Positions 1 to 9,893 of a stretch of 64,000 bases of DNA are shown in pieces. The notes beneath the pieces were generated by a model, which ran no database searches, had not been told where the DNA came from, and saw only the letters and a list, made by a program, of their open reading frames with translations. A program made the translations under genes and the position numbers. Origin of the DNA: an uncultured delta proteobacterium (GTDB taxonomy: Bacteria > Myxococcota > B64-G9); assembly GCA_963754925.1 (NCBI GenBank), contig CAVWHX010000004.1, forward strand, positions 1,152,001 to 1,216,000. The letters are read 5' to 3'. The stretch's first letter is position 1; each line of letters begins with the position of its first letter.

Positions 1-378
1 CGGCCAAGGGCTACGGAATTCGTAAGTCGTGTCGGCATCTCACGATCAAACAAAAGGATGACCTGGGTTGGTTTTCAACAAACACAGGATTCCTCTCAGG
101 TTTTCGTTAAAACGAACGAGCCGGTCCGCTATCGGGTAATTGAGGAGACAGAGCGGCTGGTGATCTTAGAACTAGAAAACACAATGATACCCAAGCGCAA
201 TGACCGGCGCTTTTTGGACACGCACTTTTTTAATACAGCGGTCACCATGATCACCCCGCGCGAGGTGGTTGGACCAGATCGCAATGTCCGTATTGAAATC
301 CAGTTAAAAGATCGAGTGCCGTACACCACCGGACAGGAATCAAATGTGGTGTTCATTCGTTTCCAGCTCCCGAAGTAA
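1..378 (+). CDS. AMIN-domain-like protein, 5'-truncated by the window edge
   Basis: Frame is open from base 1 (RPRATEF...MTWVGFQQ). The beta-rich pattern 'SQVFVKTNEPVRYRV...VILELENT...NVRIEIQLK' resembles AMIN domains. Confidence 0.55.
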   Translation, partial: RPRATEFVSRVGISRSNKRMTWVGFQQTQDSSQVFVKTNEPVRYRVIEETERLVILELENTMIPKRNDRRFLDTHFFNTAVTMITPREVVGPDRNVRIEIQLKDRVPYTTGQESNVVFIRFQLPK

Positions 379-615
379 CGCGTCTGACGTGCAAACCATA
401 TTTTCGTTGTTCTAGAACCTTCTCTCATTCCCGCGGATGACTTTTTTGGCTATATCATGGCCGTCTAAATTCGATTTTTTCAGGGATGACTAATTAGCGC
501 TAATACTCTTCATTAAAACTTAACTGCCGGGCTCCTTGACGATCTGCTTAGCGAAATACAGATTAAGTTCGTGTTAGAGCTGCCTGGCGACGGCTACGAG
601 GAAGGAGTATAAACT

Positions 616-1359
616 ATGCCTGGTACGATACTGAAAGATAAAGTTGCCCTGGTAACGGGAAGCAGCAGGGGAATCGGCAGGGGCGCAGCGATAGAGCTGG
701 CGCGGTCGGGCGCATCGGTCATCATCAATTACAACTCCAGCAAGGCCGCGGCCGAAAGCGCCCTGGTTGAGATCAATTCCGGTGGAGGTAAGGCATGCAT
801 TGTCAAAGCGGATGTGTCTGAGCCGGGAGATGTGGAGAGATTGATGAATGAATCCAAACGTATTTTCGGCGACATAACTATACTGGTAAACAATGCCGGC
901 ATTGCAAAAGTTCAACTTTTTGAAAATGTCACCGAAAACGATTGGGACGAGATCATCAAGGCAAATCTGAAATCCGTATTTCTGATGACCCGCGCGGTTT
1001 TGCCGGCGATGCGGAAACTCCGGTGGGGACGGATCGTAAATATATCCTCATTGGCCGCGCGTACCGGCGGCGCCGTGTCGCCGCAATATACAGCTTCAAA
1101 AGCCGGCATCCTCGGCCTGACTCGGTTTTATGCCAAGGCCTTGATGAAAGAAGGCATCACGGTCAATGCAGTTGCGCCCGGGCTTATCGACACCGATATT
1201 CTCAAAAACTCCCCTGGAAATCCCTTCAATCCGAATCAGGTGCCTCTGGGAAGGTTCGGCAACGTAGACGAGATCGCTTCGGCAGTGCTGTTTCTGGTCC
1301 AAAACGAATTCGTCACCGGCCAGACGATAGATGTAAACGGCGGGGCGTATTTTCATTGA
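616..1359 (+). CDS. Short-chain dehydrogenase/reductase, FabG-like
   Basis: TGSSRGIG Rossmann motif, NNAG, YTASK catalytic motif; RBS AAGGAG upstream. Confidence 0.9.
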   Translation: MPGTILKDKVALVTGSSRGIGRGAAIELARSGASVIINYNSSKAAAESALVEINSGGGKACIVKADVSEPGDVERLMNESKRIFGDITILVNNAGIAKVQLFENVTENDWDEIIKANLKSVFLMTRAVLPAMRKLRWGRIVNISSLAARTGGAVSPQYTASKAGILGLTRFYAKALMKEGITVNAVAPGLIDTDILKNSPGNPFNPNQVPLGRFGNVDEIASAVLFLVQNEFVTGQTIDVNGGAYFH

Positions 1360-1364
1360 TATAC

Positions 1365-1402
1365 TTTAAAGTCACCCCCGCCTGCGCGGGGGTGACTTTA
1401 AA
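1365..1402. terminator. Perfect 17-bp hairpin; possible terminator and/or REP-like palindrome
   Basis: TTTAAAGTCACCCCCGC-CTGC-GCGGGGGTGACTTTAAA immediately after the SDR stop. Confidence 0.7.
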
Positions 1403-1540
1403 ACGATGGCCATCCTTTTAAAACATTACAAATCTTCTGACATACTACGTGCCATCGGTGTAATTCTGTTTCAATCAACCTAGACGAGTTCAGTTTTTTG
1501 CTACGCCTTAGCTTTTGGATTAGATTTATGGATAGAGGTC

Positions 1541-2218
1541 ATGTCCATGTCCGATTGCTTAAACTGCCATCAACCGATGCCCGATGGGGCTGCTATTTGT
1601 CCACAATGCGGCGCCGATGTGGAGAAGATCCGCGCCATGCTTACTCCCAGCTATGACTCGAGCCCCCCACACGGGCAACCCTTGACGAGCACAAGCATGG
1701 CAAAGGATAACTCCTCAAAGAAGTGGCTCATCATCATGGTACTTGTCGCGGTTGGTGCCGGAGCCTTCTGGTACTTTCGGGTCCAGAATGCCGGGTTTGG
1801 CATCGACAAGTACAAGGAAATGGTTTCAATGGCGCAGCGAGCACTGCCGCTTTTGCGTCAGAAACTGAACGCGCCGGCGGGGGATTTGGTGGAGTCGTTT
1901 CGAGGCACTCCGGCGGGAGAGCTTTTGAAAGTCGATCAGAAGTTTTTCCAAGATCTGGGGCCGATTCTCTCCAAGGGAATCGCTGACTGCGCCGGCGCCT
2001 CTGGCAATATCGAAAGCCTGAAGCAGCAATACCAGCGGACGCGCGAACCGCTAGCCAAGAGGATCGCGCTGAACCAAATAAACCCGCTTTTAGGTTTGGC
2101 CGTTATGCAAGTATTCACGGATCAGATGAAGGCGACAGAGCCCGATCTCGAATCCTTTGTGGCAAGCTGCCCCCGCGAATCGAAGGCTTTAAACTTCTTG
2201 TTGGAAAAAAATAAATAG
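1541..2218 (+). CDS. Zinc-ribbon, single-TM hypothetical protein
   Basis: N-terminal CLNC...CPQCG, one hydrophobic helix (WLIIMVLVAVGAGAFWYF), helical C-terminal region. Confidence 0.65.
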   Translation: MSMSDCLNCHQPMPDGAAICPQCGADVEKIRAMLTPSYDSSPPHGQPLTSTSMAKDNSSKKWLIIMVLVAVGAGAFWYFRVQNAGFGIDKYKEMVSMAQRALPLLRQKLNAPAGDLVESFRGTPAGELLKVDQKFFQDLGPILSKGIADCAGASGNIESLKQQYQRTREPLAKRIALNQINPLLGLAVMQVFTDQMKATEPDLESFVASCPRESKALNFLLEKNK

Positions 2219-2553
2219 TCCGGCAGAAACATAAGTTCTTTGTAACAACCTATGGTCGAACGACTGCGATCTCCATCATGAAGACGTGAAATATAATTCC
2301 ACGACGCAGCTTATACGTCTGTTTAAAGCCGCAATCCTCACCCCTTAGGATCGGTCGATTCACCTTTATTAATAATCTTTCCCGATGGTTATTCGAGCAC
2401 ATTTCGAGCTAGAAGGACAGAGTTGATAGTTGGGCAGCTGAATTTCTTTTTCATTTGCTAACCTAAAAAAGGCCTGATAATACTATCTCCCGCCGTGGCG
2501 GAACTGGTTTTTGCCGGGGTTTAGGGAAAGGTGACACCGTGTAATATTTTCAG

Positions 2554-2582
2554 TTGACATTGCAGTCAATCGTAACTAGACT
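2554..2582 (+). promoter_or_regulatory. Sigma70-type promoter with an overlapping palindromic operator
   Basis: TTGACA (2554-2559), 17 bp, TAGACT (2577-2582). Inverted repeat TTGAC-N6-GTCAA (2554-2569) covers the -35. Confidence 0.55.
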
Positions 2583-2637
2583 TGCTCCGAAATTTGTCTG
2601 GTGGTTCGTAATTCCTGCCGATCTATGAGGAGGGCTC

Positions 2638-5097
2638 ATGAAGCGCAAGATTAAGAAGGTGGCGGTGCTCGGAGCCGGCATAATGGGTACCGGTATTGCC
2701 GCGCACCTGGCCAACTGCAACATCCCCTGTTTCCTGTTGGACATCGTCCCACGGGACCTAACCCCGGAAGAAAAGGAGAAGGGGCTTACCACCTCGTCGC
2801 CTGCCTTCCGCAACCGGCTTGCGGTAAGTTCGTTGGAAAACGCGATCAAGAATCGCAGGCCCATACCGGCGTTCTATCAAAATGGTTTCGCCGATTTGAT
2901 CACCTGCGGCAACCTCGAGGACAACCTCGAGTGGCTCAAGGAGTGTGACTGGATTGTCGAGGTGGTGATCGAGAACGTCGACATCAAGCGCAAGGTGTTC
3001 GCGAATGTCGAGAAGTACATGAAGAAAGATGCAATTGTTTCCTCAAACACCTCAGGTATCCCTATTTCGGCCATGACCGAAGGTCGATCGGAAGCGTTCA
3101 AGAAGAACTTTTTGGTCACGCACTTCTTTAATCCGGTGCGGTTCATGAAGTTGTTGGAGATCGTTCCCGGTCCGACCACCGACCCGGAGATAATCAAGTT
3201 CATGGCCGAGCTGGGCACCGATGTGCTCGGCAAGGGTGTGGTGTACGGCAAGGACACCTGCAACTTTGTCGGCAATCGAATCGGCGTGCACGGGGCGGTG
3301 CGGACATTAAAGGAAATGATGGACAAGGATTACACCATCGAAGAGGTGGATGCGTTCGTCGGCGAACCAATGGCCAGACCAAAAATGGGCATGTTCCGGC
3401 TCAACGACATGGTTGGCCTCAACACCTTGGTGCACATCATCGACAACTGTTACGCCAACCTGCCAAAAGACGAATGCCGCGATCTCTTCAAGGTGCCTGC
3501 TTTCATGAAAACCATGGTCGATAAAAAGCTTCTCGGCCTGAAGACCAAAGCCGGTTTCTACAAGAAGGACAAAGGCGCCGAGGGGGATGACAGCAAGGGC
3601 CAATTAGTTATTGATTGGAAGACCGGCGATTACCGCCCGTCGGAAAAAGTAAAAATTGATTCTATTAAATCGTCAAAAAACATCGAAGATCCGCGCGAAC
3701 GCATTAAATCAGTCGTTTTAAGCGACGATCGCGCCGGCAAATTTATATGGCCGGTTATTGCCGACACGTCGATCTATGCCGGCAATCGAATCGGAGAAAT
3801 TGCCGATGACGTTGTTCAGATAGACAACGCCATGAAGTGGGGCTACAACTGGCAGCTTGGGCCGTTCGAGACTTGGGATGCGGTGGGGTTTGTCGAGTCA
3901 TGCAAGCGGATGAAGGCCGAAGGCCGCAAGCTCCCGCCGATCGCCGAAGCCATCCTGGCCGCCGGCGGCAAAGGATTCTATCGTGAAGAAAAGGGGCGGA
4001 AGGAATTTTTCGATCTGCGCAGCAAGTCATACAAGCCGGTTCCGCGCGATGAGAAGAATATCGATCTCGCGGAACTCAAGAAGGCCGGAAAGGAAATCGC
4101 CAGCAATACCAGCGCTTCGCTTATCGACATCGGCGACGGGGTCATCTGCTGCGAGTTCCACACCAAGATGAACGCCATCGATACCGACTTGACCGATATG
4201 CTCGTAAAAGGCGTTGAGCTCATCGAAAACGATGACCGCTACATCGGCATGGTGATCGGCAACCAGGGAGAAAACTTCAGCGTCGGCGGCAACCTGATGG
4301 TTATATTTGGGACCGCCCAGCAGGCTAAAGATGCCGCCACCGATGGCGAGCGAAACAAAATCTGGGCGGAATTTAAGGCTGGGATGAAAAGGATTCAGGA
4401 CGCTACGATGTGCCTCAAGTATTCCTCGAAGCCCGTGGTGGCGGCGCCCTTTGGGATGGCGCTCGGCGGTGGCGCGGAGATCTCCATGGGCGCCGATCGC
4501 ATCTGCGCCCATGCCGACCTATTCATGGGCCAAGTTGAGCTCGGTGCCGGTTTGATACCCGGCGCCGGCGGCAACAAAGAATTGCTCATCCGCACCATGG
4601 AAGGTATGCCCGAAGTCGACGGCGTCTCGCCCTTCCAATATACGCGCGCGGTGTTTGAGACCATCGCCATGGCCAAGGTGTCGATGAGCGCTCATGAAGC
4701 GCTGGCCTCGCACTTTTTGCGACCTAGCGACAAGATCGTTACCAACAAGGACCATTTGATCTACACCGCCAAGAAGATGGTTCAGGCCATGCACCTTGAA
4801 GGGTACACTCAGCCGCTGCCGCGCAAGATCAAGGCGGCCGGCGAAATCGGGTTTGCGACCTTCAAGATGATAGTGGACTCGATGTGCAAGCTCAACATGA
4901 TTACCGAACATGAGAAGTTTATAACCGAAAGACTTGCCTGGGTGCTCTGCGGCGGCAAAGCCAACGGGCGCATCAACGTCAGCGAGCAATACCTGCTCGA
5001 TCTCGAGCTGGATGAGTTCGTCAATCTGGCTAAGACCGAAAAGTCCCAGGAACGTATGCAACACTTGCTCATGAAGGGTAAGCCCTTGCGCAACTAG
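2638..5097 (+). CDS. fadN: 3-hydroxyacyl-CoA dehydrogenase / enoyl-CoA hydratase (FadN-like)
   Basis: GAGIMG NAD site, SNTSG, HFFNP, C-terminal crotonase region (ALGGGAEI, GLIPGAGG), and the typical GKPLRN ending. Confidence 0.9.
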   Translation: MKRKIKKVAVLGAGIMGTGIAAHLANCNIPCFLLDIVPRDLTPEEKEKGLTTSSPAFRNRLAVSSLENAIKNRRPIPAFYQNGFADLITCGNLEDNLEWLKECDWIVEVVIENVDIKRKVFANVEKYMKKDAIVSSNTSGIPISAMTEGRSEAFKKNFLVTHFFNPVRFMKLLEIVPGPTTDPEIIKFMAELGTDVLGKGVVYGKDTCNFVGNRIGVHGAVRTLKEMMDKDYTIEEVDAFVGEPMARPKMGMFRLNDMVGLNTLVHIIDNCYANLPKDECRDLFKVPAFMKTMVDKKLLGLKTKAGFYKKDKGAEGDDSKGQLVIDWKTGDYRPSEKVKIDSIKSSKNIEDPRERIKSVVLSDDRAGKFIWPVIADTSIYAGNRIGEIADDVVQIDNAMKWGYNWQLGPFETWDAVGFVESCKRMKAEGRKLPPIAEAILAAGGKGFYREEKGRKEFFDLRSKSYKPVPRDEKNIDLAELKKAGKEIASNTSASLIDIGDGVICCEFHTKMNAIDTDLTDMLVKGVELIENDDRYIGMVIGNQGENFSVGGNLMVIFGTAQQAKDAATDGERNKIWAEFKAGMKRIQDATMCLKYSSKPVVAAPFGMALGGGAEISMGADRICAHADLFMGQVELGAGLIPGAGGNKELLIRTMEGMPEVDGVSPFQYTRAVFETIAMAKVSMSAHEALASHFLRPSDKIVTNKDHLIYTAKKMVQAMHLEGYTQPLPRKIKAAGEIGFATFKMIVDSMCKLNMITEHEKFITERLAWVLCGGKANGRINVSEQYLLDLELDEFVNLAKTEKSQERMQHLLMKGKPLRN

Positions 5098-5124
5098 CGC
5101 GAGGCTTAATTAAGGAGAACTGCC

Positions 5125-6313
5125 ATGACGAGAGAAGCGGTAATCGTCAGCGCCGCCCGCACCCCGATCGCCCGTTATCGCCGGGGAAAACTGAAGGACA
5201 CCCACCCGGTGACCTACGGCGCGGTAGCTGTGCGGGAGGCTGTTAATGAGAGTCAAAGGATTAAACGAAGAAGAAATTGACGATCTGATTGTGGGCTGCG
5301 CCATGCCCGAGGCGGAATTGGGTATGAACATGGCCCGATTGATAGGGCTCGCGGCCAAGCTGCCCTACCAGGTTTCGGCCCAGACCGTCAATCGCTTCTG
5401 CGCCTCGGGCCTGCAAACCATTTCCATGGGGGCCGAGCGCATCATGTTGGGAGAAGCCGATGTCATTGTTGCCGGCGGGTGCGAGTCCATGACCATGGTT
5501 CCGATGGGCGGCAATAAGCTCGCCGGCGATCCAAAACTCGTCAACGAGTGGGTTGATGCGTATTCCCCCATGGGTCTGACGGCCGAGAACGTGGCGAAGA
5601 GGTTCAACATCTCGCGCGAACGCCAGGATAAATTCGCCCTGCGCAGCCATCAAAACGCCATCCGGGCAATCGACGAGGGTCGCTTCAAGAGCCAGATCGT
5701 GCCGGTAAAAACCGAGACGATCGAAGAGGGCAAAGATGGCCGACCGGTTGTCAAGCAGGTTACCGTGGATGTCGACGAAGGACCGCGCCGCGATACCACG
5801 CTTGAGGGCCTGGCTAAACTGAGACCCGCATTCGATCCCAAGGGCTCGGTAACCGCCGGCAACTCATCGCAGATGAACGACGGAGCGGCGTTTGTGGTGA
5901 TGATGAGCCGTGAGAAGGCCAAGAGCCTCAAGCTCAAGCCGATGGCCGTGTATCGGCACTTCCAGGTCGCCGGCGTGCCGCCCGAGATCATGGGCGTCGG
6001 GCCGGCCTATGCCATCCCCAAATTATTGAACAAGGCGGGCATGAAGAAAGAGCAGATCGACCTGTGGGAGATCAACGAGGCGTTCGCTTCGCAGGCGCTC
6101 TACTGCGCCGAAGACGTGCTCAAGCTCGACATCGAAAAGGTCAACCCCAACGGCGGCGCAATCGCCCTGGGCCACCCGCTCGGATGCACCGGCGGCTTCT
6201 TAACCAACAAGCTGTTGTACGAGATGGAGCGTTCCAACCTGCGCTGGGGCGTGGTCAGCATGTGCATCGGCGGCGGTATGGGTGCGGCCGGCCTCTTCGA
6301 GCGCGAGAAGTAG
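5125..6313 (+). CDS. fadA: Acetyl-CoA C-acyltransferase (thiolase), split by a +1 indel near 5243-5248
   Basis: RBS AAGGAG, then MTREAVIVSAARTPI from 5125 in one frame. NRFCASG, NEAF, GHPLG and CIGGGMG lie in the next frame. Confidence 0.88.
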
Positions 6314-6917
6314 ACCTATCTTTCGCTAAGCTGCACGATTCCAAGGCATAAGCTTCATCAGCTGATCAGACATTTTTGACTCAGCGATGGTTAACTCATA
6401 TACGCCGTTGCGGAACTCCAATCGACTTGGCAAGCCGGTATTGAGTTATACCCATCGGCTTAAGAAAATCCTCTAACAGAATCAAACCGGGATGCACCGG
6501 CGGCATGTCTCTTTTTTTATTTTTTCTCCTTCAATGGTAGTTGGCAATTTCAACATGTGTTTCAAGCCACTCCTTTAAGAGAGTCATATCTCAGTAGTCC
6601 CCGAGAGCCTTGCGGACTTCAATCTCCTCTAAGCCAATCTCGATTGCCCGCTTCACGTCCTCCTTAAAATTTTTACTTGTTGGAAGGTGGTTAGATTCTT
6701 GTGATTAGGGAAGGAACGGTATACACTTGTTATAGTAAGGGGGACGTCCAATTAGAATCAAAGGGGCATTTGTTCTTCTGGGGTTTTCTCTTTGTGTTTT
6801 CTGTTTGATTTCAGCTTTGAGGGGCGGGGGAAAGTCGACCCCTCCAAGGAAATAGGCGGTTTATTCTTATTATCCATATTCATCTACTGTTCGGGCTAGT
6901 TCCGAGAGGGGGGTTCA

Positions 6918-9812
6918 ATGGGTACGTTGATGCAGCGGTCGCTTTTGATCCTCATGGCGTTGGGTGTCGTGATTTTGACGATGGTTGGCTGCGGTAGCAG
7001 CGGACCGGATTGCCCGGTGCCTCAGGTCATGTGCTCCCGCGTCTGCGTGAACCTCGCGAGAGATGTCGAAAACTGCGGAATGTGCGGAACGGCCTGCGCC
7101 GCTGGCAAGGTGTGCAATGGCGCCGGTGTTTGTGCGCTATCCTGCCAGTCCGGCCTCGCCAACTGCAACGGCGAGTGTGTCAATTTGCTCACTGACAACC
7201 GCTACTGCAGCGCAACTAGCACTTGTGGCACGGGTTGCGCAGCAGGCAATGTCTGCAATGGTTCAGGGGTCTGCACGCTCTCTTGCCAGTCCGGCCTCGC
7301 CAACTGCAACGGCGAGTGTGTCAATTTGCTCACTGACAACCGCTACTGCAGCGCAACTAGCACTTGTGGCACGGGTTGCGCTACAGGCAATGTTTGCAAT
7401 GGTTCAGGGGTCTGCACGCTCTCTTGCCAGTCCAGCCTTACCAACTGCAACGGCGAGTGTGTCAATTTGCTTACCGACAATCGCTTCTGCGGCGCAACTA
7501 GCACCTGCGGCACGGGTTGCGCTACAGGCAATGTTTGCAATGGTTCAGGGGTCTGCACGCTCTCTTGCCAATCCAGCCTTACCAACTGCAACGGCGAGTG
7601 CGTCAACCTGCTCACCGACAACCGCTTCTGCAGTGCGGAGGGCACCTGCGGCACGGGTTGCGCTACAGGCAATGTCTGCAATGGTTCAGGCGTCTGCGCG
7701 CTCTCTTGCCAGTCCAGCCTTACCAACTGCAACGGCGAGTGCGTCAATTTGCTCACCGACAACCGCTTCTGCAGTGCGGAGGGCACCTGCGGCACGGGTT
7801 GCGCTTCTGGCAATGTCTGCAATGGTTCAGGCGTCTGCGCGCTCTCTTGCCAGTCCAGCCTTACCAACTGCAACGGCGAGTGTGTCAATTTGCTCACCGA
7901 CAACCGCTTCTGCAGTGCGGAGGGCACCTGCGGCACGGGTTGCGCTTCTGGCAATGTCTGCAATGGTTCAGGCGTCTGCGCGCTCTCTTGCCAGTCCAGC
8001 CTTACCAACTGCAACGGCGAGTGCGTCAATTTGCTCACTGACAACCGCTTCTGCAGTGCGGAGGGCACCTGCGGTACGGGTTGCGCTACAGGCAATGTTT
8101 GCAATGGTTCAGGGGTCTGCATGCTCTCTTGCCAGTCCAGCCTCACCAACTGCAACGGCGAGTGCGTCAATTTGCTCACTGACAACCGCTACTGCAGCGC
8201 AACTAGCACCTGCGGCACGGGTTGTGCTTCTGGCAATGTCTGCAACGGTTCAGGCGTTTGCGCGCTCTCTTGCCAGTCCAGCCTCACCAACTGCAACGGC
8301 GAGTGCGTCAACCTGCTCACCGACAACCGCTACTGCAGCGCAACCAGCACCTGCGGCACGGGTTGTGCTTCTGGCAATGTTTGTAATGGTTCAGGCGTTT
8401 GCGCGCTCTCTTGCCAGTCCAGCCTCACCAACTGCAACGGCGAGTGCGTCAACCTGCTCACTGACAACCGCTACTGCAGCGCAACTAGCACCTGCGGCAC
8501 AGGTTGTGCTTCTGGCAATGTCTGCAACGGTTCAGGCGTTTGCGCGCTCTCTTGCCAATCCGGCCTCACCAACTGCAACGACGAGTGCGTCAACCTGCTC
8601 ACCGACAACCGTTTCTGCAGCGCAACTAGCACCTGTGGCACCGGTTGCGCTTCTGGCAATGTCTGCAATGGTTCAGGCGTCTGCGCACTCTCCTGCCAGT
8701 CAGGGCTTACGAACTGCAACAGTGAGTGCGTCAACCTGCTCACCGATAACCGATACTGCAGCGCAACTAGCACCTGTGGCACCGGTTGCGCTTCGGGCAA
8801 TGTCTGCAATGGTTCAGGCGTCTGCGCACTCTCCTGCCAGTCCGGCCTCACCAACTGCAACGGGACCTGCACCAGTACGAGCTTCGACCCGAACAACTGC
8901 GGAGGCTGCGGGACGGTTTGCACACACTCCCAAGCTTGCGTCTCCAGCGTCTGCGAAGATCTGAAATGGACGGGTACTCGCAGCTTCAACAACTGCAGTG
9001 CCAGCGGGCGTAGCGGTCCGAGTCAGGGGCAGTGCGACACTGCCTACACCTCGACAACGCTCGCGGGCGAGGTGACTGTATCCGGGGGCGTCCAGAGCTG
9101 GACGGTTCCGTTGACCGCCACCTATAGCATCGAGGCTTGGGGTGCGCAGGGCGCTTCCGCCGTCAGCACTCTCTCCGGCGGCAGCGGAGCTCGCATGCGC
9201 GGTGACTTCGCCCTCACCGCGGGCCAGGTGCTGCAAATCGTCGTGGGCCAGCAGGGGCTCGGCCAAGGTTCCGGATCGAACGGCGGCGGCGGCGGCGCCT
9301 CCTACGTCGTTATCTCCGGCGGCTCGCTGCTCCTCGCCGCAGGCGGCGGCGGCGGGACGCGGACCGCTGCCTCCCGCAACGGCTTCGATGCGGTCGCCGG
9401 CACCGCAGGCGTGGCGGGTCGGGTCTCTTCGGACGGCAGCAGCGGTGCCGTCTGTGCCGGCGGCACCGGCGGCGGCGGCGGCGGCTACTGCGATTCTTGG
9501 GGTGCCGGTGGGGGTGGCTACACCGGCAACGGCGCCGACGACTCCGGGTACGGCACGGGCGGACTCTCGTTCACCAACGGTTCGGTCGGAGGGACGCGCG
9601 CTAGTAGTTGCAGCCCCGCTGCCGACGGCGGCTTCGGCGGCGGCGGCTCCGGCAACGGCTGCGACGGCGGCGGCGGTGGCGGTGGCTACTCGGGCGGCGG
9701 CGGCGGCTGGGTCGCCGGCGGCGGCGGCTCCTACAACAGCGGCGCCAACCAGTCCAACTCCGACGGCGCCCGCACCGGCAACGGCCTCGTGACCATCGAC
9801 CTCGCCCTCTAG
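6918..9812 (+). CDS. Lipoprotein with 12 Cys-rich 47-aa repeats and a C-terminal ALK/LTK-like glycine-rich domain
   Basis: Hydrophobic signal ending MVGC (lipobox-like). STIG1-like caps (NCGMCGTAC, NCGGCGTVC). C-terminal 'FNNCSASGRSGPSQGQC...VQSWTVP...YSIEAWGAQG...IVVGQQG' followed by poly-Gly tracts. Confidence 0.8.
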   Translation: MGTLMQRSLLILMALGVVILTMVGCGSSGPDCPVPQVMCSRVCVNLARDVENCGMCGTACAAGKVCNGAGVCALSCQSGLANCNGECVNLLTDNRYCSATSTCGTGCAAGNVCNGSGVCTLSCQSGLANCNGECVNLLTDNRYCSATSTCGTGCATGNVCNGSGVCTLSCQSSLTNCNGECVNLLTDNRFCGATSTCGTGCATGNVCNGSGVCTLSCQSSLTNCNGECVNLLTDNRFCSAEGTCGTGCATGNVCNGSGVCALSCQSSLTNCNGECVNLLTDNRFCSAEGTCGTGCASGNVCNGSGVCALSCQSSLTNCNGECVNLLTDNRFCSAEGTCGTGCASGNVCNGSGVCALSCQSSLTNCNGECVNLLTDNRFCSAEGTCGTGCATGNVCNGSGVCMLSCQSSLTNCNGECVNLLTDNRYCSATSTCGTGCASGNVCNGSGVCALSCQSSLTNCNGECVNLLTDNRYCSATSTCGTGCASGNVCNGSGVCALSCQSSLTNCNGECVNLLTDNRYCSATSTCGTGCASGNVCNGSGVCALSCQSGLTNCNDECVNLLTDNRFCSATSTCGTGCASGNVCNGSGVCALSCQSGLTNCNSECVNLLTDNRYCSATSTCGTGCASGNVCNGSGVCALSCQSGLTNCNGTCTSTSFDPNNCGGCGTVCTHSQACVSSVCEDLKWTGTRSFNNCSASGRSGPSQGQCDTAYTSTTLAGEVTVSGGVQSWTVPLTATYSIEAWGAQGASAVSTLSGGSGARMRGDFALTAGQVLQIVVGQQGLGQGSGSNGGGGGASYVVISGGSLLLAAGGGGGTRTAASRNGFDAVAGTAGVAGRVSSDGSSGAVCAGGTGGGGGGYCDSWGAGGGGYTGNGADDSGYGTGGLSFTNGSVGGTRASSCSPAADGGFGGGGSGNGCDGGGGGGGYSGGGGGWVAGGGGSYNSGANQSNSDGARTGNGLVTIDLAL
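7131..8822 (+). repeat. Coding tandem repeat, 12 x 141 bp, followed by a partial 13th unit
   Basis: Unit CxLSCQSxLxNCNxECVNLLTDNRxCxxxxTCGTGCAxGNVCNGSGV with 8 Cys. 7131 + 12x141 = 8823, where the partial unit begins. Confidence 0.95.
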
Positions 9813-9893
9813 TTATGGATAGGAGGATAGCTAATAACGGTCATCCATGAGAAGGTTTTCTCAATGGGTAAAACGTATCCATCCGTCCTGTTT

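Noticed and set aside
7131..8822. CRISPR array
   Set aside because: Units are contiguous, in-frame 141-bp coding repeats with no unique spacers, and there are no cas genes.
7063..8992. Long alternative-frame and antisense ORFs (633, 280, 174, 173 aa)
   Set aside because: By-products of the tandem repeat lacking stops in other frames; no independent family motifs.
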